Source: Planctomycetales bacterium (GTDB lineage Bacteria; Planctomycetota; Planctomycetia; Planctomycetales; Planctomycetaceae). Taken from it: a stretch of DNA of 64,000 nucleotides. This document shows positions 37,316-46,545 of the stretch, in pieces. The stretch covers positions 5,049 through 69,048 of the forward strand of contig JBBDNU010000153.1 of NCBI GenBank assembly GCA_040877365.1. Direction: 5' to 3'. Made by a program: the position numbers and the translations under genes. The stretch's first letter is position 1, and every line of letters begins with the position of its first letter. The notes beneath the pieces are model-generated. The model was not told the DNA's origin, ran no database searches, and saw only the letters and a program-made list of their open reading frames with translations.

Positions 37316-37475
37316 GCGGGGAAGCGTTGCGCCACAGCGCGCGGCTCCCGTAAGAACATGGCCCATGGGCCGGCTCCTCTCCGAGCACCCCCGCCGGAGA
37401 CACGAACCCGCCGAAACGAAATCCCCGGCGGGCGGAACCTACTGCGAACGCCGGATTGCGGGTAGAGTGGATCCC

Positions 37476-38273
37476 ATGTCGGGGATCATCGCGCTCACCA
37501 CCGATTTCGGGACGGCGGACAGCTACGTCGCCCAGATGAAGGGGGTCATTCTGGGAGTGGCGCCGGACGCGCGGATCGTCGACGTGACGCACGCCGTGCC
37601 GCCGCAGGATGTCGCGACCGCCGCGCTCCTCCTCGCCGAATGCGCACCGGCGTTTCCCGCGGGAACGGTGCACCTGGTCGTGGTCGATCCCGGCGTGGGA
37701 ACGGATCGGCGGATGGTGGCCGCCGAGATCGGCGACTGGCGGTTCGTCGCCCCGGACAACGGCGTCCTCACCGCGGTCGCGCGGCGCCACGAAGTGCGGC
37801 GCGTCGTCGAAGCGACCGTCCATCGCTGGTGGCGAGCTGACGTTTCCTCGACCTTCCACGGGCGCGACGTGATGGCCCCGATCGCCGCGCACTGGGCGGC
37901 GGGGATCGACGCCGCCGAGTTCGGCCCGCCCATTGCCGACGGGCTGCGGGAGCTGTCGCTCGAGGAGCCGAGGCGGTCGGGCGCAGCGATCATCGGCAAG
38001 GTGGTGCGGTGCGATGCGTTCGGCAATCTGATCACCAACGTTCCCGGCTGGTGGCTCGCGGAGGACGGCCCGCGGATGTTCGTCACGGTCTGCGGACGGA
38101 CGTCGTCCGGTCCGCGAAGGACGTACGCCGAGGGGGCGCCGGGCGAACTCCTGGCGCTCGTGGGGAGCCACGGCTTTATCGAGATCGCGGTGAACCAGGG
38201 GGACGCGCGGGGCGAACTCGGCGCGCGGATCGGGACGGAGGTCCGCATCGAGCGCGCGGGAGACGGCGGATGA
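37476..38273 (+). CDS. SAM hydroxide adenosyltransferase / chlorinase-fluorinase family (DUF62) protein
   Basis: N-terminus IALTTDFGTADSYVAQMKGVI, VVDPGVG, FHGRDVMAP and C-terminal barrel segment. Confidence 0.85.
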   Translation: MSGIIALTTDFGTADSYVAQMKGVILGVAPDARIVDVTHAVPPQDVATAALLLAECAPAFPAGTVHLVVVDPGVGTDRRMVAAEIGDWRFVAPDNGVLTAVARRHEVRRVVEATVHRWWRADVSSTFHGRDVMAPIAAHWAAGIDAAEFGPPIADGLRELSLEEPRRSGAAIIGKVVRCDAFGNLITNVPGWWLAEDGPRMFVTVCGRTSSGPRRTYAEGAPGELLALVGSHGFIEIAVNQGDARGELGARIGTEVRIERAGDGG

Positions 38274-38989
38274 TCGGCCCCCCCGCGGGATTGTTCGTCA
38301 CCGGGACCGACACCGGCGTGGGGAAGACCTACCTGACGGCCCTCGTCGTCCGCGCGCTGCGCGAGGCGGGCGTGCGGGTCGGGGCGTGCAAGCCCGCGTG
38401 CAGCGGCGCGACGATGGACTCGGCGGGCAAGCCGCTCTGGGAAGACATCGCCGCGCTCTCTGACGCGCTCGGCGGCGAATTCTCCGATGAGCTGATCTGC
38501 CCGCAACGGTTCCTCGCGCCGCTCGCTCCGCCGGTGGCGGCGCGCGTGGAGGGGAAGTCGGTGGATGCGCGGCTGCTCCGCGACTGCGTCGCCCGGTGGG
38601 GCGAGCGCGTCGACGTGCTGCTCGTGGAAGGAGTCGGGGGGCTCCTGTGCCCGCTGACCGAGCGGGAGACGGTCGCGGACCTCGCGGCCGATCTCGGGTA
38701 TCCGCTCGTGATCGTCGGCCGCCTCGGTCTGGGGACGATCAACCACACGCTGCTGACGGTGGAAGCGGCCCGCGCGCGGACGCTGCCGATCGCGGGCATC
38801 GTGCTCAGCGAAACCGCGCCGCCGCCGCGCCACGGGACAGCGCCCTCCGCGGAGGAAACCAATCCCGCGGAGATCGCCGCCCGCACCGACGTGCCGGTGC
38901 TCGGCGTGGTGCTCTACGGCGGCCGCGAGTTGCGTCGGCAGGGTGCGCCGGTCAGAATGGACTGGCGCGCAGTTGCGGCCGGACGCTGA
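38270..38989 (+). CDS. bioD: dethiobiotin synthase
   Basis: P-loop GTDTGVGKT, VEGVGGLLCP and GTINHTLL. The start overlaps the previous stop (ATGA). Confidence 0.85.
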   Translation: MIGPPAGLFVTGTDTGVGKTYLTALVVRALREAGVRVGACKPACSGATMDSAGKPLWEDIAALSDALGGEFSDELICPQRFLAPLAPPVAARVEGKSVDARLLRDCVARWGERVDVLLVEGVGGLLCPLTERETVADLAADLGYPLVIVGRLGLGTINHTLLTVEAARARTLPIAGIVLSETAPPPRHGTAPSAEETNPAEIAARTDVPVLGVVLYGGRELRRQGAPVRMDWRAVAAGR

Positions 38990-39048
38990 GTCCGGCCCGT
39001 CTCACCTGGGATGATCTGCATTGTGATTCGTGCCGAGCGGAGTGGCTG

Positions 39049-40299
39049 ATGGCATTCGAAGTGACCTGTGGGAACTGCGGCGGACGGCTGCTGATCGACA
39101 CCCCGGGCGTGACCGTCGCCTGCCCGCACTGCGATGCGCACATCACCGCGGACGACCCAGCGGCAACCCCCGCCGCACCAATCGAGAATGCCGTATTCCC
39201 GAACCTGGCGGCCATGCAAATGTCCGCACAGTCGCCGGCGGCCGGCGGAAGTTCGTTCCGCGCGGCGTCCGCGCCGCCCGTTGCCGGATCTTCGCCGTCA
39301 AGCGAGGCGCGAGCGAACGACGAGCCGCATGCCGGTCCGCCCCCCGCCGATGCCACCACCGCGGTCGAGTTTCCCGACTTCAGTTCGCTGCACGCGCACG
39401 ATGATCCGCCGGCCGCGGGATTTCCGAGCTTCGGCGATGCGGAGGCCGACTTCCCGCCGCGCCAGGCCGCGCCGCAAGCAGCGCCGTCGACCGCCGCCGC
39501 GTGCGCGTCGACCGTGAAGCCGCCGGCCGCGAACGGGCAGGACCACGCCCGGGGCGCGCGCCGCGCGGCGCCCACGGTCCCGCTGGGGTGGTTCATCATC
39601 GTCGCCGGGCTGGCCAGCGCGCTGTTGCTGGCGTGCATCGCGCTCTATTTTCAACTGGCGACGGCGCGGCCTCATCACCTCGAAAGCCTGCCCGACGTCG
39701 CGCCGAAGATGACTCCGAACGGGCAGGTGATGCGCGAACTGTACGATCACATGCCCGAACTTCCGCGCGGGCATACGCTGTCGCTCACGGAGCAGCAGAG
39801 CGCCCGCTTCGGCAACCTGCGGATCCAGCCGCTCCGCGTCACGCGCGAGCCGCTCGAGTTCGTGCACTACCACGGCGACGCAACCGAGTTCACACCGCAG
39901 CCGGTGCTCAAGCTGTGGCTGCGTCTGGAGAACGTCTCGGACGATCAGGCGTTCGTGCCGCTGGACGCGGACCTGCTGTGGGGGCCTTCACAGATCGTCG
40001 AGGGGCAACGCCGCGGGAACACGTTCGTCAGCCGCGTCTCGGAGAAGTCGAAGCCGGGCCGCCACGTGCTGGCCTACCACCATTCGCCCACGATGGACTT
40101 CCAGCCGAAGGACCTGCCGCTCGGCCGCAAGCTGGGACCGGGGCAGGAGATGGAGATTTACGTCCCTTCGGAGGAGGGGATCGACAAGCTGAGCGGCCCG
40201 CTCGTGTGGCGGCTGCACCTGCGGAAGGGTCACGGCCCGAACGGCCGCGGCGTGACGACGCTCGTCGAGATCGCGTTCGACTCATCCGAGATCCGGTGA
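39049..40299 (+). CDS. zinc-ribbon / single-TM protein, unknown function
   Basis: N-terminal CGNCGG...CPHCDAH, a low-complexity Ala/Pro linker, TM helix WFIIVAGLASALLLACIALYF, and a folded-looking C-terminal domain of about 200 aa. Confidence 0.65.
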   Translation: MAFEVTCGNCGGRLLIDTPGVTVACPHCDAHITADDPAATPAAPIENAVFPNLAAMQMSAQSPAAGGSSFRAASAPPVAGSSPSSEARANDEPHAGPPPADATTAVEFPDFSSLHAHDDPPAAGFPSFGDAEADFPPRQAAPQAAPSTAAACASTVKPPAANGQDHARGARRAAPTVPLGWFIIVAGLASALLLACIALYFQLATARPHHLESLPDVAPKMTPNGQVMRELYDHMPELPRGHTLSLTEQQSARFGNLRIQPLRVTREPLEFVHYHGDATEFTPQPVLKLWLRLENVSDDQAFVPLDADLLWGPSQIVEGQRRGNTFVSRVSEKSKPGRHVLAYHHSPTMDFQPKDLPLGRKLGPGQEMEIYVPSEEGIDKLSGPLVWRLHLRKGHGPNGRGVTTLVEIAFDSSEIR

Positions 40300-40302
40300 T
40301 GC

Positions 40303-41847
40303 TCACACGCCGTCGCGCGTGTCCTCCGGGTTGGCCCGCGCCCAGATGCGATACCACAGATAAGCGGGCACGCCCAGCGCCGTCAGCACCAGGCCGGTGA
40401 TCGCCTCGCGCGGGTTCCCGAGGAACACGTGGTACAGGAACCATCCGTAGAACGCGAGGTACAGCAGCGGGACCAGCGGATAGCCGTGCGTGCGATAGGG
40501 GCGCTCCCACTCGGGCCGGCGGACGCGGAGCACGATCACCGCGGCGACCGTCGCCATGTAGAACAGGCTCGCCGAGAAGACGATGAAATTGGACAGGATC
40601 GTGAAAACCTCCTCCATGCCCTTCAGCGACCCCGCCTTCGCGCGTAAGTGGAACGGCGATGCCACGTAAGCCGCCGTGCCGACCACGATCGCGACGGACA
40701 TCGCCGCTTGCACGACGATCGCCACGACCGGCGTGCGATAAACGGCGTGGACGCGTCCCAGTCCGCGGAAGAAGACGTCGTCCCTTCCCATGGCGAACGA
40801 GATCCGCGGGCCGTTGAGCATGTTGCTGTTGATCGCCCCCAGCGTGCTGCACATGATGACCGCCGAGACCGCCGCCACGGCGAACCGCGTCAGTCCGCCG
40901 CTCGTGTCCGAAGTCAGCTTGCGGACCATTTCCTGGGCGGCGTTGGTGTCGGCCCGGCTGATTTCTTCCATCGTGAGCACGCCGTGATAGGCGCAGTTCG
41001 CCCCGACGTACAGCACGATCAGCAGCCCCAGGCCCCCGAACATCGCCAGCGGAATGTTCCGCCCCGGGTCGCGGATCTCTTCGGCGACGGGCGTCACGCC
41101 GTGCCAGCCGTTGTAGGCCCACATCACGCCGAGCATCGCCGCGGCGAACTGCGTGGCCCAGTTCGCCCCTTTGGGCAGCGGGAGCGTGGATGAGAAGTTG
41201 CCCGCCGACACGCCGTCCCCTCCGAACAGCGAGACCGCGAAGGGCAGCACGGCGATCAGACCGAGGAACCCCGCCTTGACCAGCGTGGTCAATGCCTGCA
41301 CGCGGCCTCCCCAGATCACGCCGATCACGTTCACCCACGCCATTCCCAGAATCAGCACCAGCGCGAGCGCCATGCCGGCGACGATGTCGAACTCCATGTC
41401 GATCGCCACGCCGAACGCCAGGATGAACGCCACGGAGAGCACGCCGACCGACGCGGGGCGGCCGAACACGAACTCGGTCCAGCCGGAGAGGAACGCCACC
41501 GGCCTCCCGTATGCCTCGCGAAGGTAGACGTACAGCCCGCCCGCGCGAGGCAGCATCGCCGCCAACTCGGCGAAGCACAGCGCCCCCAGCGCGCAGATCA
41601 CGCCCCCCACGACCCAGGTGGCGATGATCAGCGGAAAGTTGCCGAGGCTGTTGGCGATTGCGCCGGGCTTGTAGAAAATGCCGGAGCCGATCACGTTCCC
41701 CACGACCAGCGCGATCGCCATTCCGAGTCCGAGCGCCCGGAGCAGCCCCGGCCGGCTCTCGACGCCGGGGGCGAGCGGGTCGGGCAGCGCGCGGGACGCC
41801 TGGCCGGGCGCCGGCGGTGTTCCGCGCGTGCCTGTTCGCTGATCCAT
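40303..41847 (-). CDS. APC-family amino acid permease
   Basis: 514 aa with about 12 TM helices. N-terminal GLGMAIALVVGNVIGSGIF motif. Confidence 0.9.
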   Translation of the reverse strand: MDQRTGTRGTPPAPGQASRALPDPLAPGVESRPGLLRALGLGMAIALVVGNVIGSGIFYKPGAIANSLGNFPLIIATWVVGGVICALGALCFAELAAMLPRAGGLYVYLREAYGRPVAFLSGWTEFVFGRPASVGVLSVAFILAFGVAIDMEFDIVAGMALALVLILGMAWVNVIGVIWGGRVQALTTLVKAGFLGLIAVLPFAVSLFGGDGVSAGNFSSTLPLPKGANWATQFAAAMLGVMWAYNGWHGVTPVAEEIRDPGRNIPLAMFGGLGLLIVLYVGANCAYHGVLTMEEISRADTNAAQEMVRKLTSDTSGGLTRFAVAAVSAVIMCSTLGAINSNMLNGPRISFAMGRDDVFFRGLGRVHAVYRTPVVAIVVQAAMSVAIVVGTAAYVASPFHLRAKAGSLKGMEEVFTILSNFIVFSASLFYMATVAAVIVLRVRRPEWERPYRTHGYPLVPLLYLAFYGWFLYHVFLGNPREAITGLVLTALGVPAYLWYRIWARANPEDTRDGV

Positions 41848-41932
41848 GTGCGTTGCTCGTTCGGCCGTTGTTTCAGCGTGCGGAGTCCGTCACGCTCCGC
41901 AGCCCTGCGCGCTCGATGATCGATGCCCGTCG

Positions 41933-42142
41933 CTACTCGTCCGGTCGCTTCGGTTTCGCCTCCGCCGGCGGCACGGCCTGCGCGGCCGGGGCCGCCGCGG
42001 ACCATTCGCGCCGCGTCGCCTCGATCCGCTCGTCATAAATCTCGGCCCCGCAACCCGCGGCGCAGACCGCCGCGAGAAGCCACGGCGCCCGCCGCCGCGA
42101 CGCAGCGCGAACGGTTCGGCCACGGGCGCGGATGCGGCTCAT
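41933..42142 (-). CDS. small putative lipoprotein
   Basis: 69 aa from MSRIRARG with lipobox-like AAVCAAGC. Weak call because the ORF is short and biased in composition. Confidence 0.3.
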   Translation of the reverse strand: MSRIRARGRTVRAASRRRAPWLLAAVCAAGCGAEIYDERIEATRREWSAAAPAAQAVPPAEAKPKRPDE

Positions 42143-42314
42143 CGGCGGCTTGTTGTGCGGGGAGATGGGCGGAGCGAGGCACCGATTGTCGGCCCGCCGT
42201 CGCCGCACGTCAATCGCGACCGGCCTTGACCGCAGAAGTCGTTATCTTCTATAGGTCCCCCGCTTTGCCTCCACGTTTTTCCCGGTCTCGAGCCGGTGAG
42301 GAGTTGCGTCCCGG

Positions 42315-43505
42315 ATGTGGTCGCCGTTTCCGATCCTCCAGCGGTACATCGCCTGGGAGTTGGTGCGCGTCTTCCTCGGATTGGTGACGGCGCTGACGAT
42401 CCTGCTGGTGTTCGTGGGGGTCGTCGGCGAGGCGAAGGAGAACGGCCTGGGACCGCTGCAGATTCTTCAGATCCTGCCGTATCTCGTCCCCAGCCTGCTC
42501 CCCTTCACGATTCCCGCCACGCTGCTGTTGACCGTGTGCATCGTCTACGGGCGGATGGCCGGAAGCCTGGAGGTGACGGCGGCCAAGGCGGCCGGGATCA
42601 ACGTGCTGTCGCTGTTGTGGCCCGCCTTCCTCCTCAGCGGCGTGTTGAGCCTGTGCTCGATGCTCCTGGCCGACCAGATGATCCCGTGGGCGGTCGCCAA
42701 CATTCAGCGGACGATCACGGCCGCCATGGAGGACATTCTGCTCGACACGCTGCGGACGAAGCACCAGATGACGGACAACACGCGCGGGATCGCCATCACG
42801 GTGATGGGGGTCGAGGACCGCACGCTGATCATGCCGACCTTCCGCTACGCGCCGGCCGGGAACCCGCCCGTCACGGTCCAGGCGCAGGAAGCGACGCTGG
42901 AGTTCGACAGCGACCACAGCCACGTCATCCTGCACCTCGTGCGGGGGCACGTGGACATCCCCGGACAGCGGCGGGTGTGGTTCGAGCGCGAGGACCGCCC
43001 GTTTCCGATGCCCAGCGACATCGCCCAGCCCAAGGCCCGCCATATGCCGATCCGCACGATTCGCGAGAAGCTCGCCGAGGCGACCGAGCGACTCGCGCGG
43101 ACGCGGGACCAGCGGGACATCGGCCTCGCGTTCGCGCTCGCCCGGGGCGACTTCGACGCCTTGACCGCCGCCGACTTCGACCGCTACGACTACCACGTCT
43201 CCAGGGACCTCCAGGCCTGCGCGCGGTTCCGCACCGAGATGCACAGCCGCGTCGCCCTCGCGATGAGCTGCTTCTTCTTCGTGCTCGTCGGCGCGCCGGT
43301 CTCGATCCTTCAGGCCCGCCGGCAGTTCCTGACGACGTTCATCTTCTGCTTCTTCCCGATCCTGATCGGCTACTACCCGGTCGTGCTGTTGATGATGAAC
43401 CTCGCCAAGAACGGGCGAATCGCGCCCGACTGGTCCATGTGGCTCGCCAACGCGGCCTTGCTGGTCGTCGGCGCCGTGCTGATGCGGAAGGTGCTGCGGC
43501 ACTGA
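42315..43505 (+). CDS. LptF/LptG (YjgP/YjgQ) family permease
   Basis: N-terminus ILQRYIAWELVRVF, 6 TM helices and a central periplasmic domain. Confidence 0.85.
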   Translation: MWSPFPILQRYIAWELVRVFLGLVTALTILLVFVGVVGEAKENGLGPLQILQILPYLVPSLLPFTIPATLLLTVCIVYGRMAGSLEVTAAKAAGINVLSLLWPAFLLSGVLSLCSMLLADQMIPWAVANIQRTITAAMEDILLDTLRTKHQMTDNTRGIAITVMGVEDRTLIMPTFRYAPAGNPPVTVQAQEATLEFDSDHSHVILHLVRGHVDIPGQRRVWFEREDRPFPMPSDIAQPKARHMPIRTIREKLAEATERLARTRDQRDIGLAFALARGDFDALTAADFDRYDYHVSRDLQACARFRTEMHSRVALAMSCFFFVLVGAPVSILQARRQFLTTFIFCFFPILIGYYPVVLLMMNLAKNGRIAPDWSMWLANAALLVVGAVLMRKVLRH

Positions 43506-43692
43506 AGGCGGCGGACCGCCCGCGGCTGAACTCGAGGCCGACGCGGCCGGCCGGTCCCTGCGCCGCACTGCGGTCGCGGCCCGAGCGACGATTTCCCGAT
43601 GCGCCGCCGGCGGATGTTCCTGGTCGAGGCCGCGTGCTAGAATGCACCCGTCGTCGCGGTCTGTCCGACTCCTCTTCCGGCGTCTGTTCCTC

Positions 43693-44631
43693 ATGCACAT
43701 TCTTCTCGCGAACCCGCGCGGCTTCTGCGCCGGCGTGAACATGGCCATCGAATGCCTGGAGCGGGCGATCGAGATGTTCGGGCCGGAGATCTACGTCTAC
43801 CATGAGATCGTACACAACAAGTACGTCGTGGAGCGGTTCACGAAAGAAGGGGTGACGTTCGTCGACGCGGTGGCCGAGATCCCGGACAAGGCGATCCTGC
43901 TCTACAGCGCGCACGGCGTCTCGCCCGAGATTCGGGAACAGGCGCGGGACCGCGGGCTGCACACCATCGACGCCACCTGCCCGCTCGTCACCAAGGTCCA
44001 CCTGGAGGCGATCCGCTTCGCCCGCGATGGATACCACATCGTGCTGATCGGCCACGAGGGGCACGACGAAGTCATCGGCACGATGGGCGAGGCGCCGGAG
44101 AGCATCACGCTCGTCGAGACCCCGGAAGAGGTCGACGCGCTCCCCTTCGCGCCGCACGACAAGATCGCCTACCTCACGCAGACCACGCTCAGCGTCGACG
44201 AAGCCAACCGCGTGATCGACCGCCTCAAGGAACGATTTCCGCGGATCGCCTCGCCTCCCAAGGAAGACATCTGCTACGCCACGACGAACCGTCAGGAAGC
44301 TGTCCGGCTGCTCGTCCCGCGGGCGGACGTGGTGCTCGTCCTCGGCAGCCAGAACAGCTCGAACAGCCGCCGCTTGCAGGAGCTGGGTCAATCGACGGGC
44401 AAGCCGGCCTACTTGATCGACGGCGCGGGCGAGCTCGAGGCGGTCCGCTTCAGCGGGAACGAGACGGTGCTCATCACAGCCGGGGCGAGCGCGCCGGAGG
44501 TCGTCGTCGAGGAGTGCGTCGAGTACCTTCGCCGCCGGTACGGCGCGACCTGCGAAGCGGTCACGGTGCGGGAGGAGCACGTGCACTTCCCGCTGCCGCG
44601 CGAGCTGCGAACCGAGCTCGCAAAGGCGTGA
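43693..44631 (+). CDS. ispH: 4-hydroxy-3-methylbut-2-enyl diphosphate reductase
   Basis: ANPRGFCAGVNMAI, SAHGVSP, DATCPLVTKVH and CYATTNRQ motifs. Confidence 0.95.
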   Translation: MHILLANPRGFCAGVNMAIECLERAIEMFGPEIYVYHEIVHNKYVVERFTKEGVTFVDAVAEIPDKAILLYSAHGVSPEIREQARDRGLHTIDATCPLVTKVHLEAIRFARDGYHIVLIGHEGHDEVIGTMGEAPESITLVETPEEVDALPFAPHDKIAYLTQTTLSVDEANRVIDRLKERFPRIASPPKEDICYATTNRQEAVRLLVPRADVVLVLGSQNSSNSRRLQELGQSTGKPAYLIDGAGELEAVRFSGNETVLITAGASAPEVVVEECVEYLRRRYGATCEAVTVREEHVHFPLPRELRTELAKA

Positions 44632-44659
44632 GAGGATTCGAGAGAGCGCCTTCGAATTC

Positions 44660-44726
44660 GTAGCGGAAGTCGCAAGACTTCCGATCGCACGCAACACAGT
44701 GTCGGAATTCTTGCGAATTCCGCTAC
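44660..44726. repeat. REP-like pair: GTAGCGGAAGTCGCAAGACTTCCG ... CGGAATTCTTGCGAATTCCGCTAC
   Basis: Second locus of the 24-nt unit seen at 11627-11682. It starts 29 nt after the ispH stop. The left copy carries the T>G and A>C pair that keeps the GGAAGTC-GCAA-GACTTCC hairpin. Confidence 0.9.
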
Positions 44727-44799
44727 CACTACCACGAAGTTCCCTGGAAGGCCGCCTTCGCGGGAAATGCCGACGCCGGCAGCGTCGGCTACGGTCGAT

Positions 44800-46242
44800 T
44801 CACGAACTCCAAGCGCGTCCGGCGGCGAAATCCGCGACCAGTTCCGCGAACCGGCGGCCGCGTTCCGTGTAGTCGCGGAACAGGCCGTAACTCGCGCAGC
44901 CGGGGGAAAGCAGCACCACGTCGCCGGGAGCGGACTGCTCGACGGCGAAGCGGAACGCCTCGCCGAACGACTCGCAGACGCGGAGCACGGCGTCGGCCCG
45001 CTCGCGTCGAATCGACTCCGCGAGACGTGCGGCCGTCCGGCCCATCAGGGCCGTCGCCGTCGCTCGGCGCGCGATGGCGCGCGCGAACGGCGCGAGATCC
45101 ACGCCTTTGTCCGAGCCTCCCGCGAGCAACACGATCGGCTCCGTGAACGCGGCCAGAGCGGCACAGGCCGCCTCGGGCGTCGTCGCCTTCGAGTCGTCGA
45201 AGAACCGCCGCCCCGCGTGCTCACCGATGATCTGCAGCCGGTGCGGCAGCCCCTGGAACGCTCCCAGTCCCGCGCGGATCGCCACGGGGCCGATCCCGGC
45301 GGCGGTCGCGGCGCACGCGGCGGCGAGCGCGTTGCGGCGCATGTGCTCGCCGGGAATGCGGAACTCATCGAGGAGCGGCAGCCGGAGTTCTCGGCCCGCG
45401 TGCCGCACGACGCATTCGCCGCCGAGCCCGTACACGCCCTCGCCGCCGCGATCGCCCGCGCCGAAGCCGAGACGCCGGCCCTCCGCGGGCCACGCCGCCA
45501 CGTCCGCGTCATCGGCGTTGAGCACCGCGACGCCTCCCGCGCGCCGGCTGCGGAGGATCGCCTGCTTCGCGGCGCGATAGGCGGCGAGCGTGCCGTGACG
45601 ATCGAGGTGGTTCGGCTGAAAGTTCGTCACGACGGCGATGTCCGGCCCGCAGCCGGGGCGGTCGAGCCATTCCAGTTGGAAGCTGCTGAGCTCGAGCACG
45701 GTCCAATCGTCGCGGTGGATTTCATCGACCTGCGGGAGCAGGCTGATGCCGATGTTGCCGCCCAGCCGCGATGAACACCCGGCCGACCGAAGGATCGAGT
45801 GGATCAGCGAAGCGGTCGTCGATTTGCCGGTGCTCCCCGTGACGCCGATGATCCGGCCGCGGGCATGCCGCAGGAACAGGTCGATCTCCGTCGTGAGCCG
45901 CGCCCCGGCGCGCCGGGCGATTTCGACGAAGCGGTCGTCGCGGGGCACGGCGGGGCTGACGACGACGAGATCCGCGTCGTGGAAGTCCGCTTCGCGATGG
46001 CCGCCCAGGTGCAGCGCGGCGAGCGGGCAGTCGGCGATGTCCGCGAGCGAGGGGGCGAGTTCATCCTCGCTGGCGAGATCGGTCACGGTGACGCGGGCGC
46101 CGCGCGCGGCGAGGAAGCGGACCGCGCCCGCGCCGCCGCCGAACCTCCCCAGCCCCAGCACCGTGGCGCGGAGGCCGCGATAGTCGATGGGCGGTTCCAA
46201 TGACCAAGTTCCAATGACCAACAGACGAAGGCCGAATCTCAC
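44800..46242 (-). CDS. murD: UDP-N-acetylmuramoylalanine--D-glutamate ligase
   Basis: VLGLGRFGGGAGAVRFL, P-loop GVTGSTGKSTT and typical Mur ligase middle and C-terminal domains. The start is uncertain (GTG 46242 or in-frame TTG 46200). Confidence 0.9.
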   Translation of the reverse strand: MRFGLRLLVIGTWSLEPPIDYRGLRATVLGLGRFGGGAGAVRFLAARGARVTVTDLASEDELAPSLADIADCPLAALHLGGHREADFHDADLVVVSPAVPRDDRFVEIARRAGARLTTEIDLFLRHARGRIIGVTGSTGKSTTASLIHSILRSAGCSSRLGGNIGISLLPQVDEIHRDDWTVLELSSFQLEWLDRPGCGPDIAVVTNFQPNHLDRHGTLAAYRAAKQAILRSRRAGGVAVLNADDADVAAWPAEGRRLGFGAGDRGGEGVYGLGGECVVRHAGRELRLPLLDEFRIPGEHMRRNALAAACAATAAGIGPVAIRAGLGAFQGLPHRLQIIGEHAGRRFFDDSKATTPEAACAALAAFTEPIVLLAGGSDKGVDLAPFARAIARRATATALMGRTAARLAESIRRERADAVLRVCESFGEAFRFAVEQSAPGDVVLLSPGCASYGLFRDYTERGRRFAELVADFAAGRAWSS

Positions 46243-46243
46243 T

Positions 46244-46366
46244 CAGTACTTCCAAGTTCGCGACGGCGGGTCATGCCCGCGAAGGCGGGCATCCAGCGGC
46301 GGCGCGAAGGGCAGGCTGGATTCCCGCCCGCGCGGGAATGACGGAGTCTCGTTCTTGGAAGTACTG
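46244..46366. repeat. MITE-like 123-bp element with perfect 13-bp terminal inverted repeats CAGTACTTCCAAG / CTTGGAAGTACTG
   Basis: Internal hairpins are ATGCCCGC-gaag-GCGGGCAT and ATTCCCGC-ccgc-GCGGGAAT. It starts 2 nt upstream of the annotated murD start. Confidence 0.8.
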
Positions 46367-46545
46367 TCACTCGTGGCCGACGCTGATAGCACTTTGCGAA
46401 CGCTGCGAAAAGAGCAAACCGCGGCGCTCCGCAAGCGGGGGCGATTGCAACGGCCGGCGGCCGCCTGTAGTCTGAGACGCGCGGTTTTGCGCCGGATCCC
46501 GGCGGACCGCCGGCTGCTTCTTCGCTCGCAACGAGGCTGGGACGA

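Noticed and set aside
35172-37475. N-terminal 768 aa of the 1033-aa plus-strand ORF
   Set aside because: It is antisense to the subunit III-like gene and lpdA. Only the last 265 aa, from MSGIIALTTDFG (start 37476), match the DUF62 family.
41658-42387. Several 90-150-aa overlapping ORFs between the APC permease and the LptF/G gene
   Set aside because: They are mutually overlapping Arg/Ala/Pro-rich frames in a GC-rich spacer. Only the 69-aa lipobox-containing frame (41933-42142) was kept, at low confidence.
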